The position numbers and the translations under genes are program-made. Under the pieces are notes generated by a model. The model saw nothing but the letters and a program-made list of their open reading frames with translations, made no database searches and was not told the origin of the DNA. Shown here piece by piece: positions 53,887 through 63,925 of a DNA stretch of 64,000 nucleotides (position 1 is its first letter; each line of letters begins with the position of its first letter). The stretch comes from Anaerolineae bacterium. GTDB taxonomy: Bacteria; Chloroflexota; Anaerolineae; Anaerolineales; E44-bin32. The DNA lies in assembly GCA_036986135.1 (NCBI GenBank), contig BTQZ01000004.1:44093-108092 (forward strand), written 5' to 3'.

Positions 53887-54888
53887 TTAAGCGGCAGGAC
53901 TCTCAACCTCCGGATCGACTAGAAATCGTGGCTTCTCACCCCTCAAGAAGCGGCGAACATCCTCCACGATTTTTTCTCTGATGCTCCAGCCTGCTTCTTC
54001 GGACAGCCATGACAAGTGGGGTGTGCAAGTGGCCCGCTCGTTATGCAGCAGCGGAGATTCTGGATCGGGTGGCTCCTTCTCCTCATAGACATCGATCCCC
54101 GCATGTGCGAGCTCGCCCTCTTTCAATGCTTTGTCCAGCGCACCTAGGTTGATAATGCCGCCGCGGGCGGTGTTGATGAGAATTGCTGTTGGCTTCATGA
54201 GCCTGAATTGCGGCTCGTCGAGCAGGTGATACGTCTCTTCATTGAGTGGGGTGTGCACGGTTACGATATCCGCTTTCTGGAGAGTGATTTCCAGAGGGGT
54301 AGTTTCAATGCCGAGCGATTGCTTCCGCTTCTCGGAGAGATAGGGGTCGTAGATCAGATATTGCAGCCCGAAGCCTTGCGTCATCTTGTAGACGGTGCTG
54401 CCGATTCTGCCGCAACCGATGATGCCCAGAGTTTTCCCACGCACCGAGTACACCGGGTAGATGGGATCGAACGCCCACTCGCCTTTGTCACACGAATCCA
54501 TCAAGATTCGTTTTTGCATCATCAGCTTCCGCTGGCAAGCGAAGATCAGCATGATGGCCTGCTCGGCCACCTCATTGACACAATAATCTGGGATATAGGA
54601 AACACTGATCCCTCGGGTGGCCGCCGCCTGGATGTCCACGTTGTCATAGCCGGCACCGTGGCGAATGATCAGCCTGCAGCGCTCGAGGCCGTCCATCACT
54701 TCGCGCGTGATCTTTGCCATATTGACGATCAGTACATCCGACTGGCCAGCAGCCGCTATGAGCTGCTGAGCGGTCCCGAATTTCAGGTGGTGGGCTGAGA
54801 ACTTAACCCCCAACTCACGGAACTGCTCCGCTTCCCATTTCAGATCGGGCTCGATGAAATCAGTGACAACTACTCTAGAATCGATCAC
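53887..54888 (-). CDS. D-isomer-specific 2-hydroxyacid dehydrogenase (CtBP/PGDH-like)
   Basis: GIIGCGRIGS NAD motif and ...RGGIINLGAL...H catalytic region. The ORF-track N-terminus overlaps the M55 gene implausibly, so I propose the GTG at 54888 (VIDSRVVVTD...). The start is uncertain. Confidence 0.8.
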   Translation of the reverse strand: MIDSRVVVTDFIEPDLKWEAEQFRELGVKFSAHHLKFGTAQQLIAAAGQSDVLIVNMAKITREVMDGLERCRLIIRHGAGYDNVDIQAAATRGISVSYIPDYCVNEVAEQAIMLIFACQRKLMMQKRILMDSCDKGEWAFDPIYPVYSVRGKTLGIIGCGRIGSTVYKMTQGFGLQYLIYDPYLSEKRKQSLGIETTPLEITLQKADIVTVHTPLNEETYHLLDEPQFRLMKPTAILINTARGGIINLGALDKALKEGELAHAGIDVYEEKEPPDPESPLLHNERATCTPHLSWLSEEAGWSIREKIVEDVRRFLRGEKPRFLVDPEVESPAA

Positions 54889-54976
54889 TCTCCGCTCGAT
54901 TTCTGCATTCCATCTTCTCGACCGCCGACCAGTGCCCGCCAGCCACCACTGAAGCCTAGGGATCTTCCACCTGTAG

Positions 54977-55807
54977 CTAGAAGTGACCCCGCACAGTTGC
55001 CAAGGCCAGGTTGGTGCATACGATGCGAACGTGCATGACCTGCCGATAGTCGGTCGACTGATAGCGAATGGTCCGCCCGCTGACTCGCTCAACACCTGGG
55101 ATCAACGCGCAAAGGTGAGCGATCTCCGAGAGCGAGAAGTCGATCTCCAATTCGAAAGATTCGGGCAGCTCAAGCGGCGAGAACCCCCCTGCGCGCTCCA
55201 CAGCCTTTCTCGCGGTCTCCCGAATGACTTGGCGGGCATCCGGCAGTGGCAGATTCTGGGCAGTGAATTGCGATAAGCCGCGCTTGACTACCGCAATTTC
55301 GATTTTTGGGATGATAGCTTTGGCTTCCTCGGCGAATTTGTCGTCGCCTACGACCAGAACAAGCGGGACGCCGAGAAGAGCTCCCCAGTAGGCATTCAGT
55401 GCAAGCTCGCCCACAGTCTCACCATTCAGACGCAGGGCGACCACGTCCCTCATCACGTAGCTGTGATTGAGCACGCCACCGGCTGTTCCGGCCATGGCAT
55501 GACCCATGATGACCGCGCCGGCGAAGGATGGATCGAGACCTTCCATCTGGTTGTCGCGCTTCACATAGCCGGATATGTAAGATGCCTTAGGATGTAGAAG
55601 CTCAGGGAGCAGGTAGTTCATTGCCGCATGTGCTTCGTTCACCAGGAATTCAGAAGCGCCGGCTTCAATCCCTCCTTCTACAATGGCGTTAATTTCCTCA
55701 ATCCATCTGCGGCGGGCGTGCTCGAAGTCAGGATGGCCGGGGAAGCACTGATGTCGATCGACGACTCCCGTGACCCCTTCAAAATCGGCGGATATATAGA
55801 TCTTCAT
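54977..55807 (-). CDS. M55-family (DppA-like) D-aminopeptidase
   Basis: 276 aa. MKIYISADFEGVTG...LVNEAH...GHAMAGT...GELALNAY...VVGDD is collinear with B. subtilis DppA as I recall it. Confidence 0.85.
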   Translation of the reverse strand: MKIYISADFEGVTGVVDRHQCFPGHPDFEHARRRWIEEINAIVEGGIEAGASEFLVNEAHAAMNYLLPELLHPKASYISGYVKRDNQMEGLDPSFAGAVIMGHAMAGTAGGVLNHSYVMRDVVALRLNGETVGELALNAYWGALLGVPLVLVVGDDKFAEEAKAIIPKIEIAVVKRGLSQFTAQNLPLPDARQVIRETARKAVERAGGFSPLELPESFELEIDFSLSEIAHLCALIPGVERVSGRTIRYQSTDYRQVMHVRIVCTNLALATVRGHF

Positions 55808-56931
55808 TCTTCGTCCACCAGTAGGCTCTCTTCGGTCTTCGGATCAAAGAAATGCATGGATTCAGCCTCAAAGCGAACGGCGATCCTTTCATTTTCGCGC
55901 AAGGCGATGTCTGGATTCGCAAGGCATGTGAGCGGAAGATCATCGATCTTCAGCATGAGCAAGTTTGATTGGCCAAGTAGCTCAAGCGTGACGATCTCAG
56001 CGTCAAGAGCTTTTAGGGTCTCTCCGCGCACAAGGTGAATGGACTCGGGTCGAATGCCCATGATCGCGGGGATAGTCTCTTCTTTGGCCCTCCCAAGCGC
56101 AGCGAGGCCCTTTGCCCCTGCATCTACTTCCAGGTTTCGAAAACGAAAGACAGCATCACCATTTGCTCTTTGCAGTTTTCCTTCCAGCAGATTCATCTCC
56201 GGGCTTCCCACAAAGGTAGCGGTGAAGATATTCCTCGGCCTTCTATAAAGGTCGGATGGTGACGCGATCTGCGCAATCCGTCCCTCATTCATGACGGCAA
56301 TTCGCGTACCAAGAGTCAAGGCTTCCACTTGATCATGGGTCACATAAATGAAAGTCCCAGATACGCCGCCAGCTTCCTCCACCAGGCTTTTGTGGAGCAG
56401 CTTGAACTCCGACCGCATGCCAGCGCGCAGCTTGGCATCGAGCGCAGCCAAAGGCTCATCGAGCAGAAAGACCTTAGGGCTACGAACCAAAGCCCTAGCA
56501 AGGGCCACTCGCTGCCGCTGGCCACCACTGAGCTGGTCCGGATAACGGTCAAGCAGCTCTCCTATCTGGACCCTGTTCGCCGCTTTCGCTACCCGATCAC
56601 GGATCTCATCTTTTGGCCTGCGAATGTTCCGTAGGTAGAATGCGATGTTGTCGAAAACTGTCATGTGGGGATAGAGCGCAAGGTTTTGAAAGACCATGGC
56701 CATATCCCGCCGCTCAGGAGGGACGTCTGAAATATCCCTCCCCCCCAATATCACCTGTCCGTCGGTCTGGATCTCCAGACCAGCGATGATCCGGAGGGTG
56801 GTGGTCTTTCCGCAGCCGGACGGTCCCAGAAGAACCACAAAATCGCCCTCGTCAGCATCCAGGTCAAGCCGGTCTACTGCCAAACATCCCGGGAAGCGCT
56901 TGGTAATGGATTCGAGTCTCAAGAAAGCCAT
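55804..56931 (-). CDS. Carbohydrate ABC transporter ATP-binding protein (MalK/UgpC-type)
   Basis: 375 aa. GPSGCGKTT, LSGGQRQRVALARAL, C-terminal TOBE-like domain. Confidence 0.9.
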   Translation of the reverse strand: MAFLRLESITKRFPGCLAVDRLDLDADEGDFVVLLGPSGCGKTTTLRIIAGLEIQTDGQVILGGRDISDVPPERRDMAMVFQNLALYPHMTVFDNIAFYLRNIRRPKDEIRDRVAKAANRVQIGELLDRYPDQLSGGQRQRVALARALVRSPKVFLLDEPLAALDAKLRAGMRSEFKLLHKSLVEEAGGVSGTFIYVTHDQVEALTLGTRIAVMNEGRIAQIASPSDLYRRPRNIFTATFVGSPEMNLLEGKLQRANGDAVFRFRNLEVDAGAKGLAALGRAKEETIPAIMGIRPESIHLVRGETLKALDAEIVTLELLGQSNLLMLKIDDLPLTCLANPDIALRENERIAVRFEAESMHFFDPKTEESLLVDEE

Positions 56932-56943
56932 GCCGACTCCTCC

Positions 56944-57849
56944 TCAGAGCCCCAATCGAGCCGTGAGGCCTTCCAAGATGTGCTTGCGGAAAACGATCGC
57001 TAGCAGCAGCGGCGGGAGAATACTCAGGGTGGCCGCGGCCGCGATCATGCCCCGGCTAGTGCTCATGCCTTGCGAAAGGGAAGCCAGGACCGCGGTCTGG
57101 GTTTGGGATCGAATGGTCTGGGTCAGGATGGTGGCAAAGACGAACTCGCCATAGGAAGCCATGAAGGCAAAGATCGCCGCAGCGATAAGCCCGGGCCGGG
57201 CCAGGGGAACGACCACTTTCGTCATCATTCGGATATAACGGCAGCCATCCAACCTTGCGGCCTCCTCGAATTCAACCGGTATGTTGTGGAAATAGGCACG
57301 AAGAATCCAAATCGTGAATGGGAGGGTGATGGCAGAGTAGATTCCCACCAAGGCTAGCTTGGTGTCGAGCAGATCCAGCCGCAGGAGAAGTATATACATT
57401 GCCACGACGATCGAGATTGAGGGTAAGAGCCGTGTTGCAAGTAACAAGAGGAACACTTTGCGGTCGCCAAAAAATCTATAACGGGCGAAGATATGGGCTG
57501 CAGGGAAACCCACCACCACATTGATTATCGTTACGATGCTCGCGATTATGATGCTGTTGATAATGGCCGGATAGACGAGAGTGCCCCTCATGGTGTACAT
57601 GGATTGCAGCATGATCGTCGAGTTCGGCGGGATCACACCCGTGAATATAAAGTAGTAGTGGTTCGTGGTGAAGACCTCAGCACTTGGGAAATAATGTGGA
57701 GGCCTATCCTGGAGGGCAATCTCCTTTTGAAAGCTTGAGACCACTACCCAGTAAATGGGGGCAAGCAAGTAGAGGAGCACCACGATGCTAACGAGCAGCA
57801 CGAGGATCTTTTTGGCCCGACGTCGCCCGGAGATTGTGTTGAAAATCAT
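56944..57849 (-). CDS. Carbohydrate ABC transporter permease (MalG-type)
   Basis: 301 aa, 6 TM, EAA loop EEAARLDGCRYIRM. Confidence 0.9.
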   Translation of the reverse strand: MIFNTISGRRRAKKILVLLVSIVVLLYLLAPIYWVVVSSFQKEIALQDRPPHYFPSAEVFTTNHYYFIFTGVIPPNSTIMLQSMYTMRGTLVYPAIINSIIIASIVTIINVVVGFPAAHIFARYRFFGDRKVFLLLLATRLLPSISIVVAMYILLLRLDLLDTKLALVGIYSAITLPFTIWILRAYFHNIPVEFEEAARLDGCRYIRMMTKVVVPLARPGLIAAAIFAFMASYGEFVFATILTQTIRSQTQTAVLASLSQGMSTSRGMIAAAATLSILPPLLLAIVFRKHILEGLTARLGL

Positions 57850-57866
57850 GGCCTCCCCTTCCGTCT

Positions 57867-58799
57867 CTAGGGAGCCTCCCGTCGCTTCAGTCGGCGCTCA
57901 GGGTTGAGCACCACGAGATAGAGATAGATGAAGACAATCATGATAAGTGCCAGAATGATCGCCATGGCTGCTCCGCGGCCGAACCGCGTGAAGGTGAACG
58001 ATTCCACGTAGACAAGCCAAGCGAGGGTCCTGGTTGCGTCGCCTGGTCCACCCTGAGTAATCACAAAAACAAGCCCGAAGTGCATTACCAAGGCGAAAAT
58101 CGTCTGGATCACGAGCACCATCTGCAGTACGGGTCGTAACAAAGGCAGCGTGACTTTAAAGAAGGCCCGTATCGATCCGGCGCGGTCCATGCGGGCCGCC
58201 TCATAGACGCTGGAAGGTATGGTGGCCAATCCGGCAGCGAAGAGGAAAGTGCTGTAGGGGACAAACTTCCAGACATAGGCAAATAAGATTGCCCAAAGCG
58301 CCCACCGCGGATCGGCCGCCACCGTGATGTACTCGTCGATGATGCCCAGTCCGTTGAGGACGCCGTTCATGACCCCAAAGCTGGGATCATAGATCCAGGC
58401 CCAGATGACTGCGCTCACAGCGCCAGGGATTGCGTAGGGCAGGAGAAGTGCAACCTTGATGAGGCCACTGCCTCGGAATTGCTGGTTGATCAATAAGGCA
58501 ATCGCCAGGGAGATCACGACCACTGCCACTACGGCCACAAGCGTGAATTTCATCGTGACCACCAGGGAGTTGTAGAACCCGGGCGCCACCGTTGATTTCG
58601 TAAAGATATCTATAAAATTTTGGAACCAGATGATCTTCCCGGTCGGAACTCCGTACTTATATTCTTTGAAGGCGACAATAAACGAATAGAGCAGAGGATA
58701 TGCGATGAAAAACAGGATAAAGACCAGGGATGGCAAGATGATCCGATAGGCAAACAAGGAAGTCTGCCGGAATCGTTTGCGCTCATAAGGAGATTGCAT
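57867..58799 (-). CDS. Carbohydrate ABC transporter permease (MalF-type)
   Basis: ATG at 58799 preferred (MQSPYERKRF...). EAA loop YEAARMDRAGSIRAF. Confidence 0.9.
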   Translation of the reverse strand: MQSPYERKRFRQTSLFAYRIILPSLVFILFFIAYPLLYSFIVAFKEYKYGVPTGKIIWFQNFIDIFTKSTVAPGFYNSLVVTMKFTLVAVVAVVVISLAIALLINQQFRGSGLIKVALLLPYAIPGAVSAVIWAWIYDPSFGVMNGVLNGLGIIDEYITVAADPRWALWAILFAYVWKFVPYSTFLFAAGLATIPSSVYEAARMDRAGSIRAFFKVTLPLLRPVLQMVLVIQTIFALVMHFGLVFVITQGGPGDATRTLAWLVYVESFTFTRFGRGAAMAIILALIMIVFIYLYLVVLNPERRLKRREAP

Positions 58800-58867
58800 G
58801 CAACCTCCTGAGCCAGAGTAGGCAGGGGTGAGGCCTGGCCTCACCCCTGCGCAATCGCGCCTTGATG

Positions 58868-60307
58868 TTATTCCGCCTTGAGGTCAAGCCACTGCTGCTT
58901 GATATTTTCAAGCACGGATTCGGTGGGTTCCTGACGCAAGAGGGCCTTCTGCACCTCAGTGCGAACATAGGAGATCCACTCAGCGAACCAAGGTGCCGAT
59001 ATTCCGTCCTTGGAGATCGCTAGCTCCTTCTGAGCCTGCATGACGCTGGTGTCAGCCATTGCAGAGAAGGCTTTCTCAACGGCCGGATCCTGCCACAAGG
59101 ACAGTATCGAGAATCCCAATCCATTCTCCACGGCCCAGCGCTTGGCGATCTGATAGCCAGTCTCGCCATCTACAGTCGTCTTGCCGCCCAGGAACTCGAT
59201 CAGCTCCCAAGAGGCCACCTTGGTCGCCTCATCCCTCAACGCGCCATTTCCCATCACGTACATGCGGGAGTAGCCATCGGTGGCATGGGTAGCGCCTGGC
59301 ATCATAGAAACCTCAGCCTGTCCGGCCACCTTAGAGATCCCTGGTGTGTTGAACTCGCGCACCATGTAACCCGGCACGATGACGAAAGCAGCGTCGCCGT
59401 TCTTGAAGGCCTGCTGCACATCAACGGCGGTCATTTCGAGCACCTTAGTGGGCACGATCCCGGTGTCGTTGATGGATGCGGCTATGTACTCGATCATGTC
59501 ATAAACCGGGCCTGAGTCGGTTTCGAAAATGGGTTCGAAGTTCTCATCGAACAGATCCGCTCCTTCGGAGTAGATCAGTGCGAAGAAGCCCTCATCGAAC
59601 CAAGCTCCGGCCTTCAGACCGACCATAAACGGCTGGCTGGTGATCCCCTTATCCATGAGGATCAGCGACTGCTCCGTAACCTCGTCCCATGTGGTTGGCG
59701 GCGATGCGATGCCTGCCTCCTCCAACATGGTCTTGTTATAGAAGAAGTACATGACATCCGTGTAGTACGGCAGGCCATAGAGCTTGCCATCGTAAGTCAT
59801 AGCTTCCACCGAGTATGGAGCGATATCCGTCACATAATCTCTTATTTCGGGGAAGTAGTCTTCGACTGGTACCACCCAGCCTGCCGCGGCCCACTTGGCC
59901 AGCCAATGATCCGATCCATACAGCACATCGAAGGAGTTTCCACCTGCGAAAGTCGTGGTGACGTACGTATCGAACTCACCGAATCCGGCGTCAGACCAAT
60001 CGATTTTCACATCGACTGGCACTGGCGCCTGCTCTGCCACCCAATCCACGTACTTATCAGAGTTCTGCTGGACCTTTTCCAGGTCATAGGTCCAGCCCGC
60101 GAACTTGAGTGTCACAGGCCCTAGGGGGGCCAGCTCCTCGGGACCGGCTTCCTCTGGCGCCGCCTCCTTCTCCACGACGACCGGAACCTCGACGGTTATC
60201 ACGACCGGCTCTGGAGCTTCTGCTGGCTCTGCCGCGGGGGCGCACCCCGCGGTCGCCAGGAGGAAGGAGCTGACTAGCAGCGTCCCAAGCATATGTCTCT
60301 TCTTCAT
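58868..60307 (-). CDS. Family-1 extracellular solute-binding lipoprotein (sugar/oligosaccharide type)
   Basis: ATG at 60307 preferred (MKKRHMLGTLLVSSFLLATAGC lipobox), followed by a Pro/Glu/Ala-rich linker. Confidence 0.85.
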   Translation of the reverse strand: MKKRHMLGTLLVSSFLLATAGCAPAAEPAEAPEPVVITVEVPVVVEKEAAPEEAGPEELAPLGPVTLKFAGWTYDLEKVQQNSDKYVDWVAEQAPVPVDVKIDWSDAGFGEFDTYVTTTFAGGNSFDVLYGSDHWLAKWAAAGWVVPVEDYFPEIRDYVTDIAPYSVEAMTYDGKLYGLPYYTDVMYFFYNKTMLEEAGIASPPTTWDEVTEQSLILMDKGITSQPFMVGLKAGAWFDEGFFALIYSEGADLFDENFEPIFETDSGPVYDMIEYIAASINDTGIVPTKVLEMTAVDVQQAFKNGDAAFVIVPGYMVREFNTPGISKVAGQAEVSMMPGATHATDGYSRMYVMGNGALRDEATKVASWELIEFLGGKTTVDGETGYQIAKRWAVENGLGFSILSLWQDPAVEKAFSAMADTSVMQAQKELAISKDGISAPWFAEWISYVRTEVQKALLRQEPTESVLENIKQQWLDLKAE

Positions 60308-60369
60308 GATGTCCTCCATTCGCAAATTGAAAAACGGATCAATCGGATGTTCCCGGCCGACCAAGCAAT

Positions 60370-61056
60370 TCAAAGGTCTTTCCGGCCGGTCAACCTGGAA
60401 GCCTCTTCTGGAGAAACTCCCTCTTTAAGAAGTCTTCGCGTGTCTGACTCGTTCTCAGCCCTCCTTTCCGTCTCCTCAAGGACGTCCTCTGCGATTTCTT
60501 GAGGGATGATCAAGACCCCATCGCTGTCACCCACAACGAAATCCCCCGGACGGATGAGTACATCGTTGAACCAGATGGGGATCTGCCAATCTCGGAGCCT
60601 TGAGCGAAAGAATCCGTCCACGGGACTCGTGAATCTGCAGAAGATGGGGAACCCCATCATCTTCACGAAGCCTGTATCCTTAGCTCCTCCATTAATGACC
60701 GCTCCATTTACGCCGTTGCCCATGCATACTGTGGTCGCCAACTCTCCCCAGAACCCGGATGTTTGATCGTTGCCCGCATCGACGATGATGATGCTGTCTT
60801 CTGGGTAGGAAGCCACCATTTTGGCGGCCGGGCGCTCGCGTTCATCGGGCAAGGGGTCGAGAATCCATTGCAGCGTGAACGCAAAACCTGCAACAACCTC
60901 GCTTCGCAGTTCTACTGTGCAGCATTTGATATCCGGGCCCAACCATTGATGATGCATATCGCGTTCTTGGAACACATCATTGATGGCAGCGGTATAGAGC
61001 TGCTGATAGCGTTCAACCATCTCCTTGACCGGGGTTTCGTAGGAATGCAGCTTCAC
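60370..61056 (-). CDS. RraA-family protein (HMG/CHA aldolase / oxaloacetate decarboxylase-like)
   Basis: 228 aa. IIIVDAGNDQTSGFWGELATTVCMGNGVNGAVINGGAKD resembles the RraA-like fold signature. Confidence 0.75.
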   Translation of the reverse strand: MKLHSYETPVKEMVERYQQLYTAAINDVFQERDMHHQWLGPDIKCCTVELRSEVVAGFAFTLQWILDPLPDERERPAAKMVASYPEDSIIIVDAGNDQTSGFWGELATTVCMGNGVNGAVINGGAKDTGFVKMMGFPIFCRFTSPVDGFFRSRLRDWQIPIWFNDVLIRPGDFVVGDSDGVLIIPQEIAEDVLEETERRAENESDTRRLLKEGVSPEEASRLTGRKDL

Positions 61057-61108
61057 ACTGATTCTCCTCCCTGGAGAGAGCTCGCCTTTATCTCAGCGGC
61101 GGCCCGTT

Positions 61109-62197
61109 TCACCCAATCTCACCTACTTCGATCCGGCGGCCCTCCTCGATGCTAGCTTGCACCGCTTCCGCGACTTGCGTGACCTTCAATCCATCCCATC
61201 CGGAGGGGTATGTACCTTCAAGCTCTCTCAATGAGCCCCCCGATTTCAAGAAACGCACGTTATCCAGGAAATCCTTAATGGCGTCCACGAAGTACCCATT
61301 TACTGACTGCCAACCGAAGACGCTTTGTGCAGAGAAGATGGCTCCCAGGTTGGGAGTGACTGCGCCGTCTGCAGAGGTACAGTAGCGAAGGCCACGATCC
61401 TGGCTATCGAGTTCGATGAGTCCATCGCTTCCGACGATTCGTAGCCCCTGATTAACAACGGCCTCAAATTGAAGAGGCAGAATCCAATTCACGTCGATAG
61501 TGCACGTCAGTCCACCATCCATGAGGATGGAGGCACTGACGGCATCGTATGTATCGATACCCATGGAGGAAAGCTTGCCTTTGCATCCGTGGGCAAACAC
61601 AGAATGAGCTTCGCGGCCGCTCACCCATCGCACGAGGTCATATTTATGAACGCCAAGAAACCAGAAAGGGGAGGACTCCGCGGCCCAACGGGAAAGCCAC
61701 TCAGAGGGAACCGTAATCTTGTCCTCCATATAGGCATACGCATAGTAGGGTTCGCCGATCTTTCCCTCCTGCACCTGCCGCCTAATATCGATGTTGTACG
61801 GGTCATAGCGCTTGTGAAGATCCACCTGCAGGAGGAGACCTTTCTCCTCTGCAACTTCCATCATGGCTCTGCATCCTGCTGTGGTTAGATCCATGGGTTT
61901 TTCGACTAGAACGTGCAAACTATGCTGGAGCGCGTGAATGACAATCTCACGGTGGAGATGATCCGGAGTGGCCACTGTAATGGCGTCGAGGTTCTCGGCC
62001 TCGATCATCGACCGGTAATCGGTGTAACCCTTAATTCCAAACGATTGGGCCTGCCTAGTAGCAGTGGCCTGTGTGTGTGAGGCGACAGCCACGAGTTCAA
62101 GCCTGCCTTCAGCTTCAAGTTGCTTGGCCGCCCGAAGATGATAAGTCCCCCAGATTCCGCCGCCTATGACGCCAACATGGATCTTGGATCCCGTCAT
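61109..62197 (-). CDS. Gfo/Idh/MocA-family NAD(P)-dependent oxidoreductase
   Basis: 362 aa. N-terminal Rossmann VGVIGGGIWGTY and EKP motif (LVEKPM). Confidence 0.85.
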   Translation of the reverse strand: MTGSKIHVGVIGGGIWGTYHLRAAKQLEAEGRLELVAVASHTQATATRQAQSFGIKGYTDYRSMIEAENLDAITVATPDHLHREIVIHALQHSLHVLVEKPMDLTTAGCRAMMEVAEEKGLLLQVDLHKRYDPYNIDIRRQVQEGKIGEPYYAYAYMEDKITVPSEWLSRWAAESSPFWFLGVHKYDLVRWVSGREAHSVFAHGCKGKLSSMGIDTYDAVSASILMDGGLTCTIDVNWILPLQFEAVVNQGLRIVGSDGLIELDSQDRGLRYCTSADGAVTPNLGAIFSAQSVFGWQSVNGYFVDAIKDFLDNVRFLKSGGSLRELEGTYPSGWDGLKVTQVAEAVQASIEEGRRIEVGEIG

Positions 62198-63042
62198 GTG
62201 CGCCCTCCAGGGGGCTGCATGGGTAGCCTTCGGTCAGATGCAGGAGTTCTCATCATGGTGATCTGTGAAGAGATTTTCGTAGCAGTCTCGACCACCCTGT
62301 CTTTCAGCAAACCCTCCAGCCCATTCTTCATCAGCCGAGTCGACGGTCCCGATACAGATATCGCCGCCAGGACATGTCCCCTCATTCCCCAGATTGGCGC
62401 AGCGACGCAGCATATTCCTATCTCGACCTCTTCTTGATCAACGGCATAACCCTGCTGCCCTATTCTGTGAAGCTCCTCTCTTAGAACCTCCGGACGCGTG
62501 ATCGTGTTTTCCGTTATCTGCTCCAGCTTTCGCTGCGAAAAGAATTCATCGAGCTCTGCTGATGTGACATGCGCAAGCAGAACCTTGCCAAGAGCAGTGC
62601 AATGGCAAGGTTGCCTGCGACCGAGCTGAGGCGTCATACGCAAGACATGATCGTGCGAATCAACATGATCGACATACACCAATTCGAAATCATCCAATAC
62701 GCCCATGAAGACGGTCTCTCTCACGCTTTTTGAGAGTTCGCCAAGCATGGGGTGCGCGCTACGGATAAAATCCCATTGATCCAAGACGGCCTTGCCATAG
62801 AGCAGCATTTGCAGGGCGAGGCTGTATTGTCTGCTGGTCGGATCTTGTTGGACTGCCTTGCGGATGAGAAGGGTCTGAAGCAGCCGGTGGGCGGTTGTGG
62901 TACTCAGGTCTAGAGCATGCGCGATCTCGCTCACACCCATGCTCCCGCGGTTGTCCCGCAGAAGGTCGAGAATCATAAATGCCCGTTCAACGGATTGAAC
63001 ACTACCTCGTATGCGGGAGCTATTGGCGGCGGATCTTTCCAT
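62194..63042 (-). CDS. IclR-family transcriptional regulator
   Basis: ATG at 63042 preferred. SVERAFMILDLL...MGVSEIAHALDLSTTTAHRLLQTL HTH. 4-nt overlap with the downstream oxidoreductase gene. Confidence 0.85.
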   Translation of the reverse strand: MERSAANSSRIRGSVQSVERAFMILDLLRDNRGSMGVSEIAHALDLSTTTAHRLLQTLLIRKAVQQDPTSRQYSLALQMLLYGKAVLDQWDFIRSAHPMLGELSKSVRETVFMGVLDDFELVYVDHVDSHDHVLRMTPQLGRRQPCHCTALGKVLLAHVTSAELDEFFSQRKLEQITENTITRPEVLREELHRIGQQGYAVDQEEVEIGICCVAAPIWGMRGHVLAAISVSGPSTRLMKNGLEGLLKDRVVETATKISSQITMMRTPASDRRLPMQPPGGRT

Positions 63043-63289
63043 AATGCGGAATTGCTTTGCGAATAGTGGAATACGGTGCATTATCGCGAAATATATAGCG
63101 TATTTGAAGGACGAATGTCATCTTTGGGACGTGATCATGCGCTTAATCCGTTAGGCCCGCTAAGAGGACCCGGGATCAGCTTTTTCTTGAACTTGTGGGG
63201 ATGCGTTGGCTACTCAGTTCATGGAGGAATCTCTGTATACTTCCTCAGCTTCAACAGAATGCATCATCGAATCATTAAGGAGGAGAATA

Positions 63290-63925
63290 GTGCAGAACCT
63301 AGATGCAATGCCGCCCTATCTAGCTGAGAAGATGCGTTACTGGTCGAATCTGGGCCACTGGATCATAGGCGGCATGTTGGCAATAGTCGGCGTTCTGGCA
63401 CTCTTGGAGATACTTGGCGTACTGACGGGCGGATGGGTCTACGCTTGGCCCGGCGTGCTCGCGCTGGCTGGGCTGGTGCTGCCGCTGGGCATCCTCAGCC
63501 ATGGCGACGAGAAGTACGGGCGTGAGCTAGTCCTGGCCGACCCGCAGCATCGGCAGCACCTGATCATGGGAGGCATCATATTCCTGGGAGGAGTGGCCGA
63601 AATCGTGGCGCTAGCGGCCGGCATCGGCTTCGTACGCTACGCTTGGCCACTGGCGCTGGGCGCGGTCGGCGTGATATTTCTCATTCACCCGCAGCACGGC
63701 ACCGATGCGGCGGCTGTCAAGGCGGTGCGCATCCACCGCATCCTGGGCGGCACGTTCATCCTGGCTGGTCTGGCGCGTCTCATTGCAGTGGTCACGGGCG
63801 CGTACAGCGGCCTTTTTGGGTTCGCATGGATCATTCTGGTACTTGTGGCTGCAGCGCAGTTGATTTTCTATCGCGAGCCCGAGGGCGCGTACGAGGCGGG
63901 TTCACACAGTGAACACGGATCTTAA
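63290..63925 (+). CDS. Hypothetical multi-pass membrane protein
   Basis: GTG at 63290 preceded by AAGGAGGAG (4-nt spacing). 5-6 hydrophobic segments and several His residues (LSHGDEKYG, IHPQHG). No family recognised. Confidence 0.5.
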   Translation: MQNLDAMPPYLAEKMRYWSNLGHWIIGGMLAIVGVLALLEILGVLTGGWVYAWPGVLALAGLVLPLGILSHGDEKYGRELVLADPQHRQHLIMGGIIFLGGVAEIVALAAGIGFVRYAWPLALGAVGVIFLIHPQHGTDAAAVKAVRIHRILGGTFILAGLARLIAVVTGAYSGLFGFAWIILVLVAAAQLIFYREPEGAYEAGSHSEHGS

